From the NCBI GenBank assembly GCA_963692865.2, contig OY843592.1, positions 3,488,001-3,552,000 on the forward strand: a stretch of DNA of 64,000 nucleotides, written 5' to 3'. Under the pieces are notes generated by a model, which saw only the letters and a list, made by a program, of their open reading frames with translations, did no database searches and was not told the origin of the DNA. The stretch comes from a bacterium (GTDB lineage Bacteria > UBA8248). A program made the translations under genes and the position numbers. This document shows, piece after piece, positions 17,826-26,913 of the stretch. Within the stretch, counting starts at the first letter, position 1. The number at the start of each line of letters is the position of its first letter.

Positions 17826-18572
17826 ATGGTCACAAAAATATCGATTCAAAACCTGAGAAAAATCTATGACACGCCCGAAAGGCGGGTGCATGCCTTGGAA
17901 GGCGTGAACCTCAACATCGAGGACGGCGAGTTCATCTGCCTCGTGGGACTCTCGGGCTGCGGGAAGACGACGCTGCTCAACATGCTGGCGGGTTTCGTCG
18001 AGATCACCGCGGGCACGATCACCATGGACGGCAGGCCACTCACCCAGGATTACGACAAGGGCGTCGTGTTTCAGGAATACGCCCTCTTCCCGTGGCGCAC
18101 GGCGAGGCAGAACGTGGAATACGGCCTCGAAATCAGAAACTTGCCCGAGGAGGAGCGCAGGCAAATCGCCATGGAGTTCCTGCGTCTCGTCCGCCTCGAG
18201 GAATTTGCGGATTTCTTCCCCCACAACCTCTCTGGCGGAATGCGCCAGCGGGTGGCCGTGGCGAGAGCCATGGCGTTCGACCCGCAAATCCTCTTGATGG
18301 ACGAGCCCTTCGGCGCGCTCGACGCCCAGACGCGCGAGGAGTTGCAGGCACTTACCGTCGACGTATGGCAGAAGACGAAAAAGACGATTCTCTACGTCAC
18401 GCACAATCTGAGTGAAGCCGTCTACCTCGGGAACCGGATCGTCGTTTTCGTTCCGAATCCGGGGAGAATCCGCGAGATCGTGAGAGTCGATCTTCCCAGA
18501 CCCAGGGACGATCTCGCGCCAGAGTTCATCAGACTGCAACGACACGTGAATGATTTGATTCGCGATTTCTAG
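17826..18572 (+). CDS. ABC transporter ATP-binding protein, TauB/SsuB/NrtD type
   Basis: GLSGCGKT, VFQEYALFPW, LSGGMRQR, LLMDEPFGALD, YVTH. Confidence 0.93.
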   Translation: MVTKISIQNLRKIYDTPERRVHALEGVNLNIEDGEFICLVGLSGCGKTTLLNMLAGFVEITAGTITMDGRPLTQDYDKGVVFQEYALFPWRTARQNVEYGLEIRNLPEEERRQIAMEFLRLVRLEEFADFFPHNLSGGMRQRVAVARAMAFDPQILLMDEPFGALDAQTREELQALTVDVWQKTKKTILYVTHNLSEAVYLGNRIVVFVPNPGRIREIVRVDLPRPRDDLAPEFIRLQRHVNDLIRDF

Positions 18573-18585
18573 AGAGGAATAATCC

Positions 18586-19512
18586 ATGCAGACATCCGAA
18601 GCACCGCCTGTTCCTCCATCTTTGGACGAGAAGAAAAAAGAGGTGAGATCGCCCATTTGGGTGAAGCTCAGGCCAATCTACCCGTTCATCGTCATCCTCG
18701 CCATCTGGCAGGTCGCCGCCATGCAGGCCCAGGGCAACCAGGGAAGGCTCTTCCCCACCGTGGACGCCATCATGTTCAGGGCCTGGGAACTCGTGACGGA
18801 CCCCTTGTTCCGCGCGCTGGCCGAGAACCCGAATCTCGACATCATGGGTTATTTCTGGAAACTCCTGGAGAGCCCGATACTGCTGCATACGCTCAACACC
18901 GCGTGGCGCCTCCCGTTCTCGTTCTTCATCGCCGCCATCGTCGGCACCATCGTGGGCATATTGATGGGCCGCTTCGCCTTCTGGGAATCGTTCTTCGTGC
19001 CGCTTCTCTCCGTGCTGCTGCCGATTCCGGCCATCGCGTGGACGCCCATCGTGGTCATCTGGTCGGGCATCGGGGACCAGACGGTCATCGTCATCACGGC
19101 CTTCGCTTCGTTCCTGCCCATCGCCATGGCGGTGTGGACGGGCGTGAAAACCGTGAACCCGGTATGGATACGCGCTGCCCAGTCGATGAACGCGGACAAG
19201 ATGACGATTTTCCGCACGGTCGTCCTGCCCGGCTCGCTGCCGATGATTCTGAGCGGCATGCGCATCGGCCTGGCGCGCGCCTGGCGCGCGGGCGTGGGGG
19301 CGGAGGCGTTCGCCGGCATCCGCTGGGGGCTTTCGGCCGGTATCTTCGACGCGCAGGAATATCTCGACATCGCGTTCATGATGGTCGCGCTCGGCATCCT
19401 CGGCCTCTTCGGCTTCGTGCTCGAGAAGGTGCTTTTCCAGCCCATCGAGAGCCGCACCGTCATCCGCTGGGGCATGATGGAGGCGATGGGCGCGCAGGAC
19501 AAGAAAGTATAA
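18586..19512 (+). CDS. ABC transporter permease, TauC/SsuC type
   Basis: Multiple TM helices; PIPAIAWTP; EAA-like IRAAQSMNA; VVLPGSLP.ILSGMR. Confidence 0.9.
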   Translation: MQTSEAPPVPPSLDEKKKEVRSPIWVKLRPIYPFIVILAIWQVAAMQAQGNQGRLFPTVDAIMFRAWELVTDPLFRALAENPNLDIMGYFWKLLESPILLHTLNTAWRLPFSFFIAAIVGTIVGILMGRFAFWESFFVPLLSVLLPIPAIAWTPIVVIWSGIGDQTVIVITAFASFLPIAMAVWTGVKTVNPVWIRAAQSMNADKMTIFRTVVLPGSLPMILSGMRIGLARAWRAGVGAEAFAGIRWGLSAGIFDAQEYLDIAFMMVALGILGLFGFVLEKVLFQPIESRTVIRWGMMEAMGAQDKKV

Positions 19513-19547
19513 TCAGGCAAGCAACGATCATCCCCATTCACCATTCA

Positions 19548-19581
19548 GCCGGGCGCGGCGAGAGCCGCGCCCGGTTTTTTT
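19548..19581 (+). terminator. Rho-independent terminator
   Basis: GCCGGGCGCGGC-GAGA-GCCGCGCCCGGT followed by a T run, about 35 nt after the permease stop. Confidence 0.85.
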
Positions 19582-19682
19582 GTCTCGGGGAGATGTCCCC
19601 TGCGTCCCGTGTTGTCTATCCACGGGCGCAGGGAAATAGCTTCCTTGAGGAGGTGGCTGGTTTCAATAAGCAGAGGGGCTCC

Positions 19683-19709
19683 GTAGGGACAGGCCTCCGT
19701 GCCTGTCCT
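19683..19709. repeat. GTAG-type REP-like palindrome
   Basis: GTAGGGACAGGCCTCCGTGCCTGTCCT, related to the 20025 and 62410 copies. Confidence 0.7.
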
Positions 19710-19782
19710 GTATCAGGGTGAATATGATCGACGGGCGGGCACGGTCGTCGTTTTGTTGCTTCGATTGCAGGGGACGCATGTG

Positions 19783-20108
19783 AGGCTGTTGAAAAACCCC
19801 TCCTCACCGGAATTGGCTGCCACCGTCATTCCGGCGAAAGCCGGAATCCGGAGCAGACGGGGATACCGAATCGCAGGACGACCAAGAAAAACGAGAAAGC
19901 GAAAAGACGAATACAGAAACAAAGTCCCTGGATTCCGGCTTTCGCCGGAATGACGGCGAGGGCAAACCCCTCGGAGAGGAAAAGCGGGTTCATCGGATGG
20001 GCCTGCGCAGGGCGCGATGGTTCTGTAGGGACAGGTCGCGACCTGTCCCTACGGTGAACAATTCGATGATTGAGATGCCCTCCTCCTTTGAGGCTTTATC
20101 AACAACCC
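19783..20108. mobile_element. Composite MITE-like element: TGTTGAAAAA end, GTCATTCCGGCGAAAGCCGGAATCC inverted pair, GTAG REP, TTTATCAACAA end
   Basis: Left end 19783-19799; 25-bp arms 19825-19849 and 19930-19954 (exact inverted); GTAGGGACAGGTCGCGACCTGTCCCTAC 20025-20052; right end about 20090-20108. Confidence 0.75.
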
Positions 20109-20121
20109 CGCGTCCAGCCTC

Positions 20122-20160
20122 AAACAAGAAACCCCCGGGGGTGCGAAACTCCCGGGGGCT
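20122..20160 (-). terminator. Rho-independent terminator of binding protein copy 1
   Basis: Minus strand CCCCCGGGAG-loop-CCCCCGGGGG then TTTCTTGTTT. Confidence 0.7.
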
Positions 20161-20185
20161 TTGGTGTTGCTTCTTGTCCGTCCGC

Positions 20186-21175
20186 CTAGTTGAAGCCGAT
20201 GTCCTTCGCGGCCCTGCGGAGGATGGAGTCATCGAGGTGCGGACTCTTGGTGAAGTCGGGGTGGCTCTTGATCCAGCCGAGCTGGATCTGCTTGTCCCCC
20301 ATGTCGTTCAGGTATTTCTTCACCTCTTTGCTCAGGAAAACCTCCGTCTTGAGCTTTTTCACGACCTTGAGAGTGGTGCTCTCCTTGGCCTTGTCGCCCA
20401 CTTCCTGCAGCGCCCTGGTGTAGACCTTGGCGTAGGTTCCGGGGTCATTCTTGAGCAACTGGTGCGCCTTCAGCCAACCCCTGAAGTACCTGTAGTAGAG
20501 ATCGGGGTGCTTCTTGATGGTGATGGGATTGCCCACGTGCATCATTCTCGTATTGTCGTATTTGCAGAGATTCTCCAGATAGCGAATCAGGCCCTGCTCG
20601 CGGGCGATTTCACCCTGCGGTTCGCCGACCATGGCCGCCTGGGCGGCGCCGGACACCAGCGCGGCGATGCGCTCGGTGGTGCGGACGCTCAGAAGCGGGA
20701 AGTCCGAGCGTTTCAGGCCATGCGCGGGTACGACGTAGAACTGGAACGCGAAGTCCGTGCTCGTGCCCTTCTTGTTGGCGAACACCGAACCCTTGAGGTC
20801 CTTCAGGCTCTTCGCCTTCGATTTCGCGGGCACGATAATGGCGACCATGCCGCAGATGTTCGCCGTCACCCCGATGGCCGTTATCTTCGCCCCCTTGGAA
20901 ATCGCCGTGGTGAAGGGAGAGAAGCCCGTTGTGCCGGTATCCAGGTTGTTCTGGATGATGGCGTTGCGCATCAGTTTGCCCTGCTTGAAGTGGCTCATCG
21001 TGTACTTCAAGCCCTCTTTCTTCCAGTAGTCCATGCGGTGGGCGACGACCTCGAAAGACCCCATCAGGGCCCGGTGCGCGCCGATGCGCAGCGTCGCCGA
21101 CTCGGCGGGTGTGACCACCACGAACGTACCCACCACGAACGCGGCGGCCAGTGCGAAACCAACTAACCGTTTCAT
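20186..21175 (-). CDS. ABC substrate-binding protein, SsuA/TauA/NMT1-like (paralogue 1, 329 aa)
   Basis: GGAGG RBS; signal peptide ending AES-A; SLKDLKG...KGTST; SGAAQAA...EP. Confidence 0.88.
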   Translation of the reverse strand: MKRLVGFALAAAFVVGTFVVVTPAESATLRIGAHRALMGSFEVVAHRMDYWKKEGLKYTMSHFKQGKLMRNAIIQNNLDTGTTGFSPFTTAISKGAKITAIGVTANICGMVAIIVPAKSKAKSLKDLKGSVFANKKGTSTDFAFQFYVVPAHGLKRSDFPLLSVRTTERIAALVSGAAQAAMVGEPQGEIAREQGLIRYLENLCKYDNTRMMHVGNPITIKKHPDLYYRYFRGWLKAHQLLKNDPGTYAKVYTRALQEVGDKAKESTTLKVVKKLKTEVFLSKEVKKYLNDMGDKQIQLGWIKSHPDFTKSPHLDDSILRRAAKDIGFN

Positions 21176-21414
21176 GCTTGCTCCTCCTTCGAGTGAATGA
21201 AGACTGCCATGGATAGACCGAAGCATTTCCGGAAAACACAAGGTTTGCGGCGCAAGGATGTCCCCGACGCCGGAAACTCCTTCTCTATTGGTTCGATGCC
21301 CTCCTCTCAAGGTGTGAAAAGAGAGATTCCGCCCCAAACAAGTTTCTTAACCATGTCAATATTATCTTAATTATACAACATGCGGGGAAAATACAACACG
21401 CAGGGAGATTTCAC

Positions 21415-21450
21415 AAAAAAACCCCCGGGAGCATGGAAACTCCCGGGGGC
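21415..21450 (-). terminator. Rho-independent terminator of binding protein copy 2
   Basis: Minus strand CCCCCGGGAG-loop-CTCCCGGGGG then T7; homologous to 20122-20160. Confidence 0.85.
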
Positions 21451-21475
21451 TTCGTTTCGCGTAAAGCGTAGTCGT

Positions 21476-22465
21476 CTAGTTGAATCCGATGTCCTTCGCT
21501 GCCTTGCGGAGGATGGAATCATCTATGAACGGACTCTTGGTGAAGTCGGGGCGGCTCTTGATCCAGCCGAGCTTGATCTGCTTGTCGCCCATGTCGTTCA
21601 GGTAGTTCTTCACCCGATCGGTGATGAAAACCTCGGTTTTGAGCTTTTTGATGGCTTTGAGCGTGATGTTCACCTTGGCCTTGTCGCCCACCTCGTTCAA
21701 GGCCTTGGTGTAGACCGTAGCGTACTTTTTGACGTCGTTCTTCAGCAACTGATGCGCCTTCAGCCAGCCCCGGAAATACTTGTAGATGAGATCGGGGTGT
21801 TTTTTGATGGTCTGCGGGTTGCCCACGTGCATCATGCTCGTGTTGTCGTACTTGCAGAGATTCTCCAGATAGCGGATGTAGCCCGCCTCACGGGCGATTT
21901 CGCCCTGCGGCTCGCCGACCATGGCCGCCTTGGCGGCGCCGGAGAGAAGCGCTGCGATGCGCTCGGTGGCGCGGACGCTCAGGAGCGGGAAATCGGAACT
22001 CTTGAGCCCATACGCGGGAACGACATAGGACTGGAACGCGAAATCCGTGCTCGTGCCCTTCTTGTTGGCGAACACCGAGCCCTTGAGATCTTTCAGGCTC
22101 TTGGCCTTCGATTTCGCGGGTACGATGATGTTGATGGCGGCGCAAATGTTCGCCGTAACGCCGATGGCCGTTACCTTGGCGCCCTTGGAGATCGCCGTGG
22201 TGAAGGGCGAGAAGCCCGTGGTGCCGGTATCCAGGTTGTTCTGAATGATGGCGTTGCGCATCAGTTTGCCCTGCTTGAAGTAACCTACCTTGTACTTGAG
22301 CCCTTCCTTCTTCCAATAGTCCATGCGGTCGGCGATGACCTCGAAAGAACCCCACATGGAGCGGTGCGCGCCGATTCGAAGCGTGGCCGACTCGGCCGGT
22401 GCGACCACCACGAACGTACCCACTACGAACGCGGCGGCCAGTATGAAACCAACAAACCTTTTCAT
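21476..22465 (-). CDS. ABC substrate-binding protein, SsuA/TauA/NMT1-like (paralogue 2, 329 aa)
   Basis: Same length as, and colinear with, 20186-21175, with long identical blocks; GGAGG RBS. Confidence 0.88.
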   Translation of the reverse strand: MKRFVGFILAAAFVVGTFVVVAPAESATLRIGAHRSMWGSFEVIADRMDYWKKEGLKYKVGYFKQGKLMRNAIIQNNLDTGTTGFSPFTTAISKGAKVTAIGVTANICAAINIIVPAKSKAKSLKDLKGSVFANKKGTSTDFAFQSYVVPAYGLKSSDFPLLSVRATERIAALLSGAAKAAMVGEPQGEIAREAGYIRYLENLCKYDNTSMMHVGNPQTIKKHPDLIYKYFRGWLKAHQLLKNDVKKYATVYTKALNEVGDKAKVNITLKAIKKLKTEVFITDRVKNYLNDMGDKQIKLGWIKSRPDFTKSPFIDDSILRKAAKDIGFN

Positions 22466-22774
22466 TCCATTCCTCCTTGAAGTGGATGAAGACTTCCTTG
22501 GACAGCCCAAGGCATTCTGAGAAGACGCAAGGCTCACCAAACGGGACATCTTTTGTGCCCGATCAAGCCATACGCCCATAAACCGAGAAAGATTCGCTTA
22601 GTATGCAGGAAAGCGAAATTTAATTAAAAATAAACTCAAAATACTTGAGGCTACAATACAATAAACCCCGGCTAAAACCAAAACTCGCCGACACCCCGGA
22701 ATCGGGATAGGGAGAGCCGCCCTCTACACCTCCAGACCCATGAGGATCAGTAGATTCCACATGGCGGCAATAAG

Positions 22775-22852
22775 TGGCGGGGCTGACGGGACTCGAACCC
22801 GCGATCTCTGGCTTGACAGGCCAGCGCGATAACCAAACTTCGCTACAGCCCC
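22775..22852 (-). tRNA. tRNA-Asp(GTC)
   Basis: GGGGCTG acceptor stem, anticodon arm CTGGC-CTGTCAA-GCCAG, GGTTCGAGTCC, encoded CCA. Confidence 0.96.
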
Positions 22853-22890
22853 CACGGGAAAGATTCCGAAAACCGCCCGGAGAATGTCGG

Positions 22891-22920
22891 TTTATAGCCC
22901 GCTCTCGGGGCCTAAGTCAA
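22891..22920 (-). promoter_or_regulatory. Candidate sigma70 promoter for tRNA-Asp
   Basis: TTGACT-18 nt-TATAAA on the minus strand about 40 nt upstream of the tRNA. Confidence 0.55.
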
Positions 22921-22984
22921 CACGAGAAGACGACATCCCGCTTTGAAACGGCAAACTTGACGCCTCCGTACGAGGAGAAGCATT

Positions 22985-24043
22985 TCAACTCAGGATCGAG
23001 CCGAGAGACTCTCCTTCGGCAAGGCGAACCAACCCCCGTTCCGTCACCAGGGCGTCCACGAAGCGCGCGGGCGTCACGTCGAACGCGGGGTTGAACACGC
23101 GCACGTTCTCCGGCGCGACGGGCGCGCCGCCGAAGGAGCGGACCTCCTCCTCCGGGCGCTCCTCGATGGGGATATCCGCGCCGCCTTTCGCCTCCATGTC
23201 GATGGTGCTCGTCGGCGCCGCCACGTAGAAGGGCACCCCGTGCTCCCTGGCGAGCACGGCAAGGCCGTACGTGCCGATCTTGTTGGCGACGTCCCCGTTG
23301 GCCGCCACGCGGTCCGCGCCCACGACGATCGCGTCGATCCTGCCCAGGCTCATGCAGTGCGCGGCCATGTTGTCGGTGATGAGGACGACGGGAATGCCGT
23401 CGCGGCTCAACTCCCAGGCGGTAAGGCGCGCTCCCTGCAGGAAGGGCCTGGTCTCGTCCACGAAAACCTCCCGCACCCGCCCGTCCCGGAAGCCGCTGCG
23501 AATCACGCCGCCCGCCGTGCCGTAGCCCGCCGTCGCCAGCGCGCCCGCGTTGCAATGGGTGAGAACGCTGCTCTCCTCCGGCAGGAGTTCCGCGCCCAGG
23601 TCGCCTATCCGGCGGCAGACCGCCGCGTCCTCCTCGCGCATCGCTTCGGCCAGACGGAGGAGTTCTTCGGCCAACGCGTCGGGCGCGGAGCCGCTCTTGT
23701 CGACGTGCGACATCATTTTTTCAATCGCCCAGAAGAGATTGACCGCCGTGGGGCGCGTGGCGGCCAGCGCCCGGGCCGCCCGCTCGATCGCCTCGCGCTG
23801 CGCATCGGCGCCTGAACCCGCATGGCGGGCGGCGGCCAGGGCGATGCCGTAGCCCGCCGCTATCCCGATGGCGGGCGCGCCGCGCACCACCATGCTCCTG
23901 ATGGCCTCGGCCGTCTCGTCTTCCGTGCGGCATTCGAGATAAACCTCCTCGCGGGGGAGTTTCCGCTGGTCGAGAAGAACGAGCGCGCCGTCCCGATACG
24001 CGATGTTGTGGAAGTTCCCCTCAATCTCTTTATTTCCACCCAT
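22985..24043 (-). CDS. mtnA: S-methyl-5-thioribose-1-phosphate isomerase
   Basis: LLDQRKLP, VRGAPAIG, RPTAVNL, LTHCNAGALAT, ETRPFLQGARLTAWE, NKIGTY, NPAFDVTP. Start could be the GTG at 24061. Confidence 0.95.
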   Translation of the reverse strand: MGGNKEIEGNFHNIAYRDGALVLLDQRKLPREEVYLECRTEDETAEAIRSMVVRGAPAIGIAAGYGIALAAARHAGSGADAQREAIERAARALAATRPTAVNLFWAIEKMMSHVDKSGSAPDALAEELLRLAEAMREEDAAVCRRIGDLGAELLPEESSVLTHCNAGALATAGYGTAGGVIRSGFRDGRVREVFVDETRPFLQGARLTAWELSRDGIPVVLITDNMAAHCMSLGRIDAIVVGADRVAANGDVANKIGTYGLAVLAREHGVPFYVAAPTSTIDMEAKGGADIPIEERPEEEVRSFGGAPVAPENVRVFNPAFDVTPARFVDALVTERGLVRLAEGESLGSILS

Positions 24044-24085
24044 TCGGATTCTCCCACTCACGGCTTCGCGCGGGCGCGCGGCATT

Positions 24086-24379
24086 CTACGCCGAGGCGAT
24101 CAGGATATTCTTCACCTCTTTGATACTCATCCCTAAGATTTTCAGGCGTTTTCTGCGCGCGCCCGCGCCCGAGGCTATTCGTATGGCGCGCTTTGGTATC
24201 TTCATTTTCCGGGAGAGCAAATCGATGCACTGCCTGTTGGCGGCCCCGTCGGCGGGCGGCGCCGTCAGCCGCACCCGCAGGGCGCCATCGAGAACTCCAC
24301 TGATTTCCGCTTTGGATGAGCGCGGCTGGACCCGGACTTCAAAGCTGACGCCGTCCGCCTCCTCCCGGAGGCCGATCAC
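24086..24379 (-). CDS. yggU: DUF167 (YggU) family protein
   Basis: VRVQPRSS, APPADGAAN, G...RRK; conserved neighbourhood. Confidence 0.88.
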   Translation of the reverse strand: MIGLREEADGVSFEVRVQPRSSKAEISGVLDGALRVRLTAPPADGAANRQCIDLLSRKMKIPKRAIRIASGAGARRKRLKILGMSIKEVKNILIASA

Positions 24380-24954
24380 GACGCATCGCCCTCCGCTTTC
24401 TGGTTCAGCTTGATGACGTTTTCGCTTTCCTCGTCTGGTGCGTCTCCGCCTCCCTCCTCCAGGAGGCGGGCGAGGTCGACCCCCATGCGGACGCCTTCGG
24501 TTTCGAGCGTTCGCATCTGGGAGAGGAACGTCTCGTACAGATCCGTGAGAATCTTGTCCCTCCGCTCCGTCAATCTCGCTATTTCCTCGCGCAGCCCTTC
24601 GGTATCTTTTTCGGCTTTCGCCCGAATCCGCTCCGCCTCGGCGCCGGCCTCTTCGATGATCCCTTCGGCGTCGGCCTCCGCCTTCTGCACCAATTCGCCG
24701 GACTTGGCCGCCGCCTGGTCCTTGAGTTCATTCACGGAGATGAGGATTTTCTGCAGATTGGCGTGCTCTTCCCTCAAACCATTGTATTGCTCGAACAGGT
24801 CCTTGCATTGCAGGCTGAGCTGTTCGTTCTTGCGCACCGACTGATCCAGCCAGTCGGCCACCTTGAACAGGAACGCATCGACTTCGAGCCGATCGTAGCC
24901 CCGGATCTTGCTCGAAAAGCTGTGGCTACGAACGTCGTTGCCGGTGAACTTCAT
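24376..24954 (-). CDS. DivIVA domain coiled-coil protein
   Basis: N-terminal F...IRGYDRLEVDAFL followed by coiled coil. Confidence 0.85.
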   Translation of the reverse strand: MKFTGNDVRSHSFSSKIRGYDRLEVDAFLFKVADWLDQSVRKNEQLSLQCKDLFEQYNGLREEHANLQKILISVNELKDQAAAKSGELVQKAEADAEGIIEEAGAEAERIRAKAEKDTEGLREEIARLTERRDKILTDLYETFLSQMRTLETEGVRMGVDLARLLEEGGGDAPDEESENVIKLNQKAEGDAS

Positions 24955-24975
24955 CGCAGGCTCCCAGGGTGAAAA

Positions 24976-25272
24976 TCAACGCAGCATGCTCGCCAGATCA
25001 AAAATACTCTGTACCAGGAAACTTTGCAAAAAGAATATGATCAACAACACCACAATCGGACTCGCATCGATGCCTCCGATGTCCGGCATCCGGTAGCGCA
25101 CGGGCGCCAGCACCGGCTCCGTCAGGCGATACAGTATCTGGACTATCGGGTTGTAGGGGTCGGGGTTCACCCACGACAAAAGCGCGCGGATGATGATGAT
25201 CCAGATGTAGATGGTGAGCAGATAGCTGAGAATCACCCCGATTCCGTGCATGAAATTCGATATCAAGAACAC
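24976..25272 (-). CDS. yggT: YggT family membrane protein
   Basis: IIRALLSWVNPDPYNPIV...TEPVLAP...GIDASP. Confidence 0.93.
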   Translation of the reverse strand: MFLISNFMHGIGVILSYLLTIYIWIIIIRALLSWVNPDPYNPIVQILYRLTEPVLAPVRYRMPDIGGIDASPIVVLLIIFFLQSFLVQSIFDLASMLR

Positions 25273-25296
25273 GGCCGAGCCCCCGTTTGAGAAAAT

Positions 25297-26103
25297 CTAG
25301 CCACGGCCCAACTCCTCGCTCCTGCGCGCGGCGGCGCGCACGGCGTTCATGACGGCGGAGCGCAGCCCTCCGTTTTCCAGCGCGTGCAAACCGGCGATGG
25401 TCGTTCCCCCGGGCGACGCCACCATGTCCTTCAAGCGCCCCGGATGCTCTCCCGTCTCGAGGACCATCCGGGCGGAGCCCAGAACGGTCTGGGCCGCCAG
25501 CAGCATCGCCTCCTCGCGCGGCAGGCCCGCCCGCACCCCGCCGTCCGCCAGCGCCTCGATGAACTGAAAGACGTACGCGGGGCCGCTGCCCGACAAGCCC
25601 GTCACGGCGTCCATCAACGACTCGGGCAGTACCACCGCCTTGCCCACGGACTCCAGGAGCCCCCTCGCCTGCGACAAGTCCGCTTCCAACGCGCCTCCGC
25701 CCGCGCACAGCCCCGCTGCGCCTTCCCCCACGAGGGCGGGCGTGTTCGGCATGACGCGGACGATGCGCGCCTCATCGCCCAGAATCCCCGTGAACCGGTT
25801 CGTCGGCGCGCCCGCGACGACGGAAATCAGGAGCGGGCGGTGCGCCAGGGCGTCCTTCAGGCCATCCAGAACGACGTCCAGCACCTGCGGCTTCACGGCG
25901 AGCACCACCTTGTTCGCCTGGGGAGCCGCCTCCGCCCCGTCGGAGACCACCCGAAATCCCGACGTTCGCCCGAGATATTCGGCGCGCTCGGCCAGGGGTT
26001 CCGCGATGACGACCTCATCGACTTTCGCATAGGCGGAGTTCACCATTCCCATGGCGAGCGCTTCGCCCATGTTGCCGCCGCCGACTACGAGGATTTCCGC
26101 CAT
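25297..26103 (-). CDS. proC: Pyrroline-5-carboxylate reductase
   Basis: GGGNMG, LAVKPQ, RVMPNTP, TGLSGSGPAY, VASPGGTT. Confidence 0.96.
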   Translation of the reverse strand: MAEILVVGGGNMGEALAMGMVNSAYAKVDEVVIAEPLAERAEYLGRTSGFRVVSDGAEAAPQANKVVLAVKPQVLDVVLDGLKDALAHRPLLISVVAGAPTNRFTGILGDEARIVRVMPNTPALVGEGAAGLCAGGGALEADLSQARGLLESVGKAVVLPESLMDAVTGLSGSGPAYVFQFIEALADGGVRAGLPREEAMLLAAQTVLGSARMVLETGEHPGRLKDMVASPGGTTIAGLHALENGGLRSAVMNAVRAAARRSEELGRG

Positions 26104-26196
26104 CTCAGAAAAACCTTCCGTATATGGGGTCGAAACCGTCCTGAACTCCGGAGCCGGCCCATCCTACTGAAATGACCGGCTTGGTTCAAATTCGCT

Positions 26197-26913
26197 TCAG
26201 TTCGTTTCCCTCGGCCCGAAAATGGCCGTGCCGATGCGGACGAGCGTCGCTCCCTCGGCTATCGCGACTTCGAAGTCGTTCGACATGCCCATCGACAACT
26301 CCCGGACATGGGTGAGACCGGCGTCTTGCGCCTCATCCCTCAGTTTTCTCAACAACTCGAAGTGGGGGCGGCTCTCCTCCGCCTCCCGCCCCAGGGGAGG
26401 GATGCACATCAAGCCGACCACCCGCAAGGCTTCCAGACCGGAGGCCTCCCGCACGAACGCCGTCGCATCCGCCGGAGCAACCCCTCCCTTCTGGGCTTCT
26501 TCCCCGGTATTGACCTGAACGAACACTTCGAGGGGGTCTCCCCCCGCGCCCGCCACGCGCTTGTCCAGCTCCCGCGCGAGAGCGAGAGAATCGAGCGATT
26601 CCACCACGTCGAACAGTCCGGGCACGGCGCGGGCCTTGTTGCGTTGTAAGCTGCCGATGAGATGCCACATCGCCCTGCCCGCGACTTGCAAGTCAATCCC
26701 GCCCCGCTTGCGCTGGGCTTCCTGCACCCGGTTCTCCCCGATGATGTCGACGCCCGCCTCGATGGCTTCGACGACGCGCTCGGGTGGCTGGGTCTTGCTC
26801 ACGGCCAGAACGCGGATTTCATCCGGGTTCCGGCCGCAGGCCAGAGCGGCGTCCGCCACGCGCCCCTTCACCATCTCGTATCGCCGCCCAATCCCGCTCA
26901 CCGTCTTCCTCAT
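26197..26913 (-). CDS. yggS: PLP homeostasis protein (YggS family)
   Basis: LAVSKT, GENRVQE, WHLIGSLQRNK, LSMGMSNDF, VRIGTAIFG. Confidence 0.95.
   Translation of the reverse strand: MRKTVSGIGRRYEMVKGRVADAALACGRNPDEIRVLAVSKTQPPERVVEAIEAGVDIIGENRVQEAQRKRGGIDLQVAGRAMWHLIGSLQRNKARAVPGLFDVVESLDSLALARELDKRVAGAGGDPLEVFVQVNTGEEAQKGGVAPADATAFVREASGLEALRVVGLMCIPPLGREAEESRPHFELLRKLRDEAQDAGLTHVRELSMGMSNDFEVAIAEGATLVRIGTAIFGPRETN

Noticed and set aside
19683-20108. Possible CRISPR array (palindromic repeats with variable spacers)
   Set aside because: Repeats are inverted pairs from different families with irregular spacing; no direct-repeat array and no cas genes in the window.
22762-22780. TGGCGG duplicated next to the tRNA-Asp 3' end as a possible att site
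   Set aside because: Only 6 bp, expected by chance; no integrase nearby.
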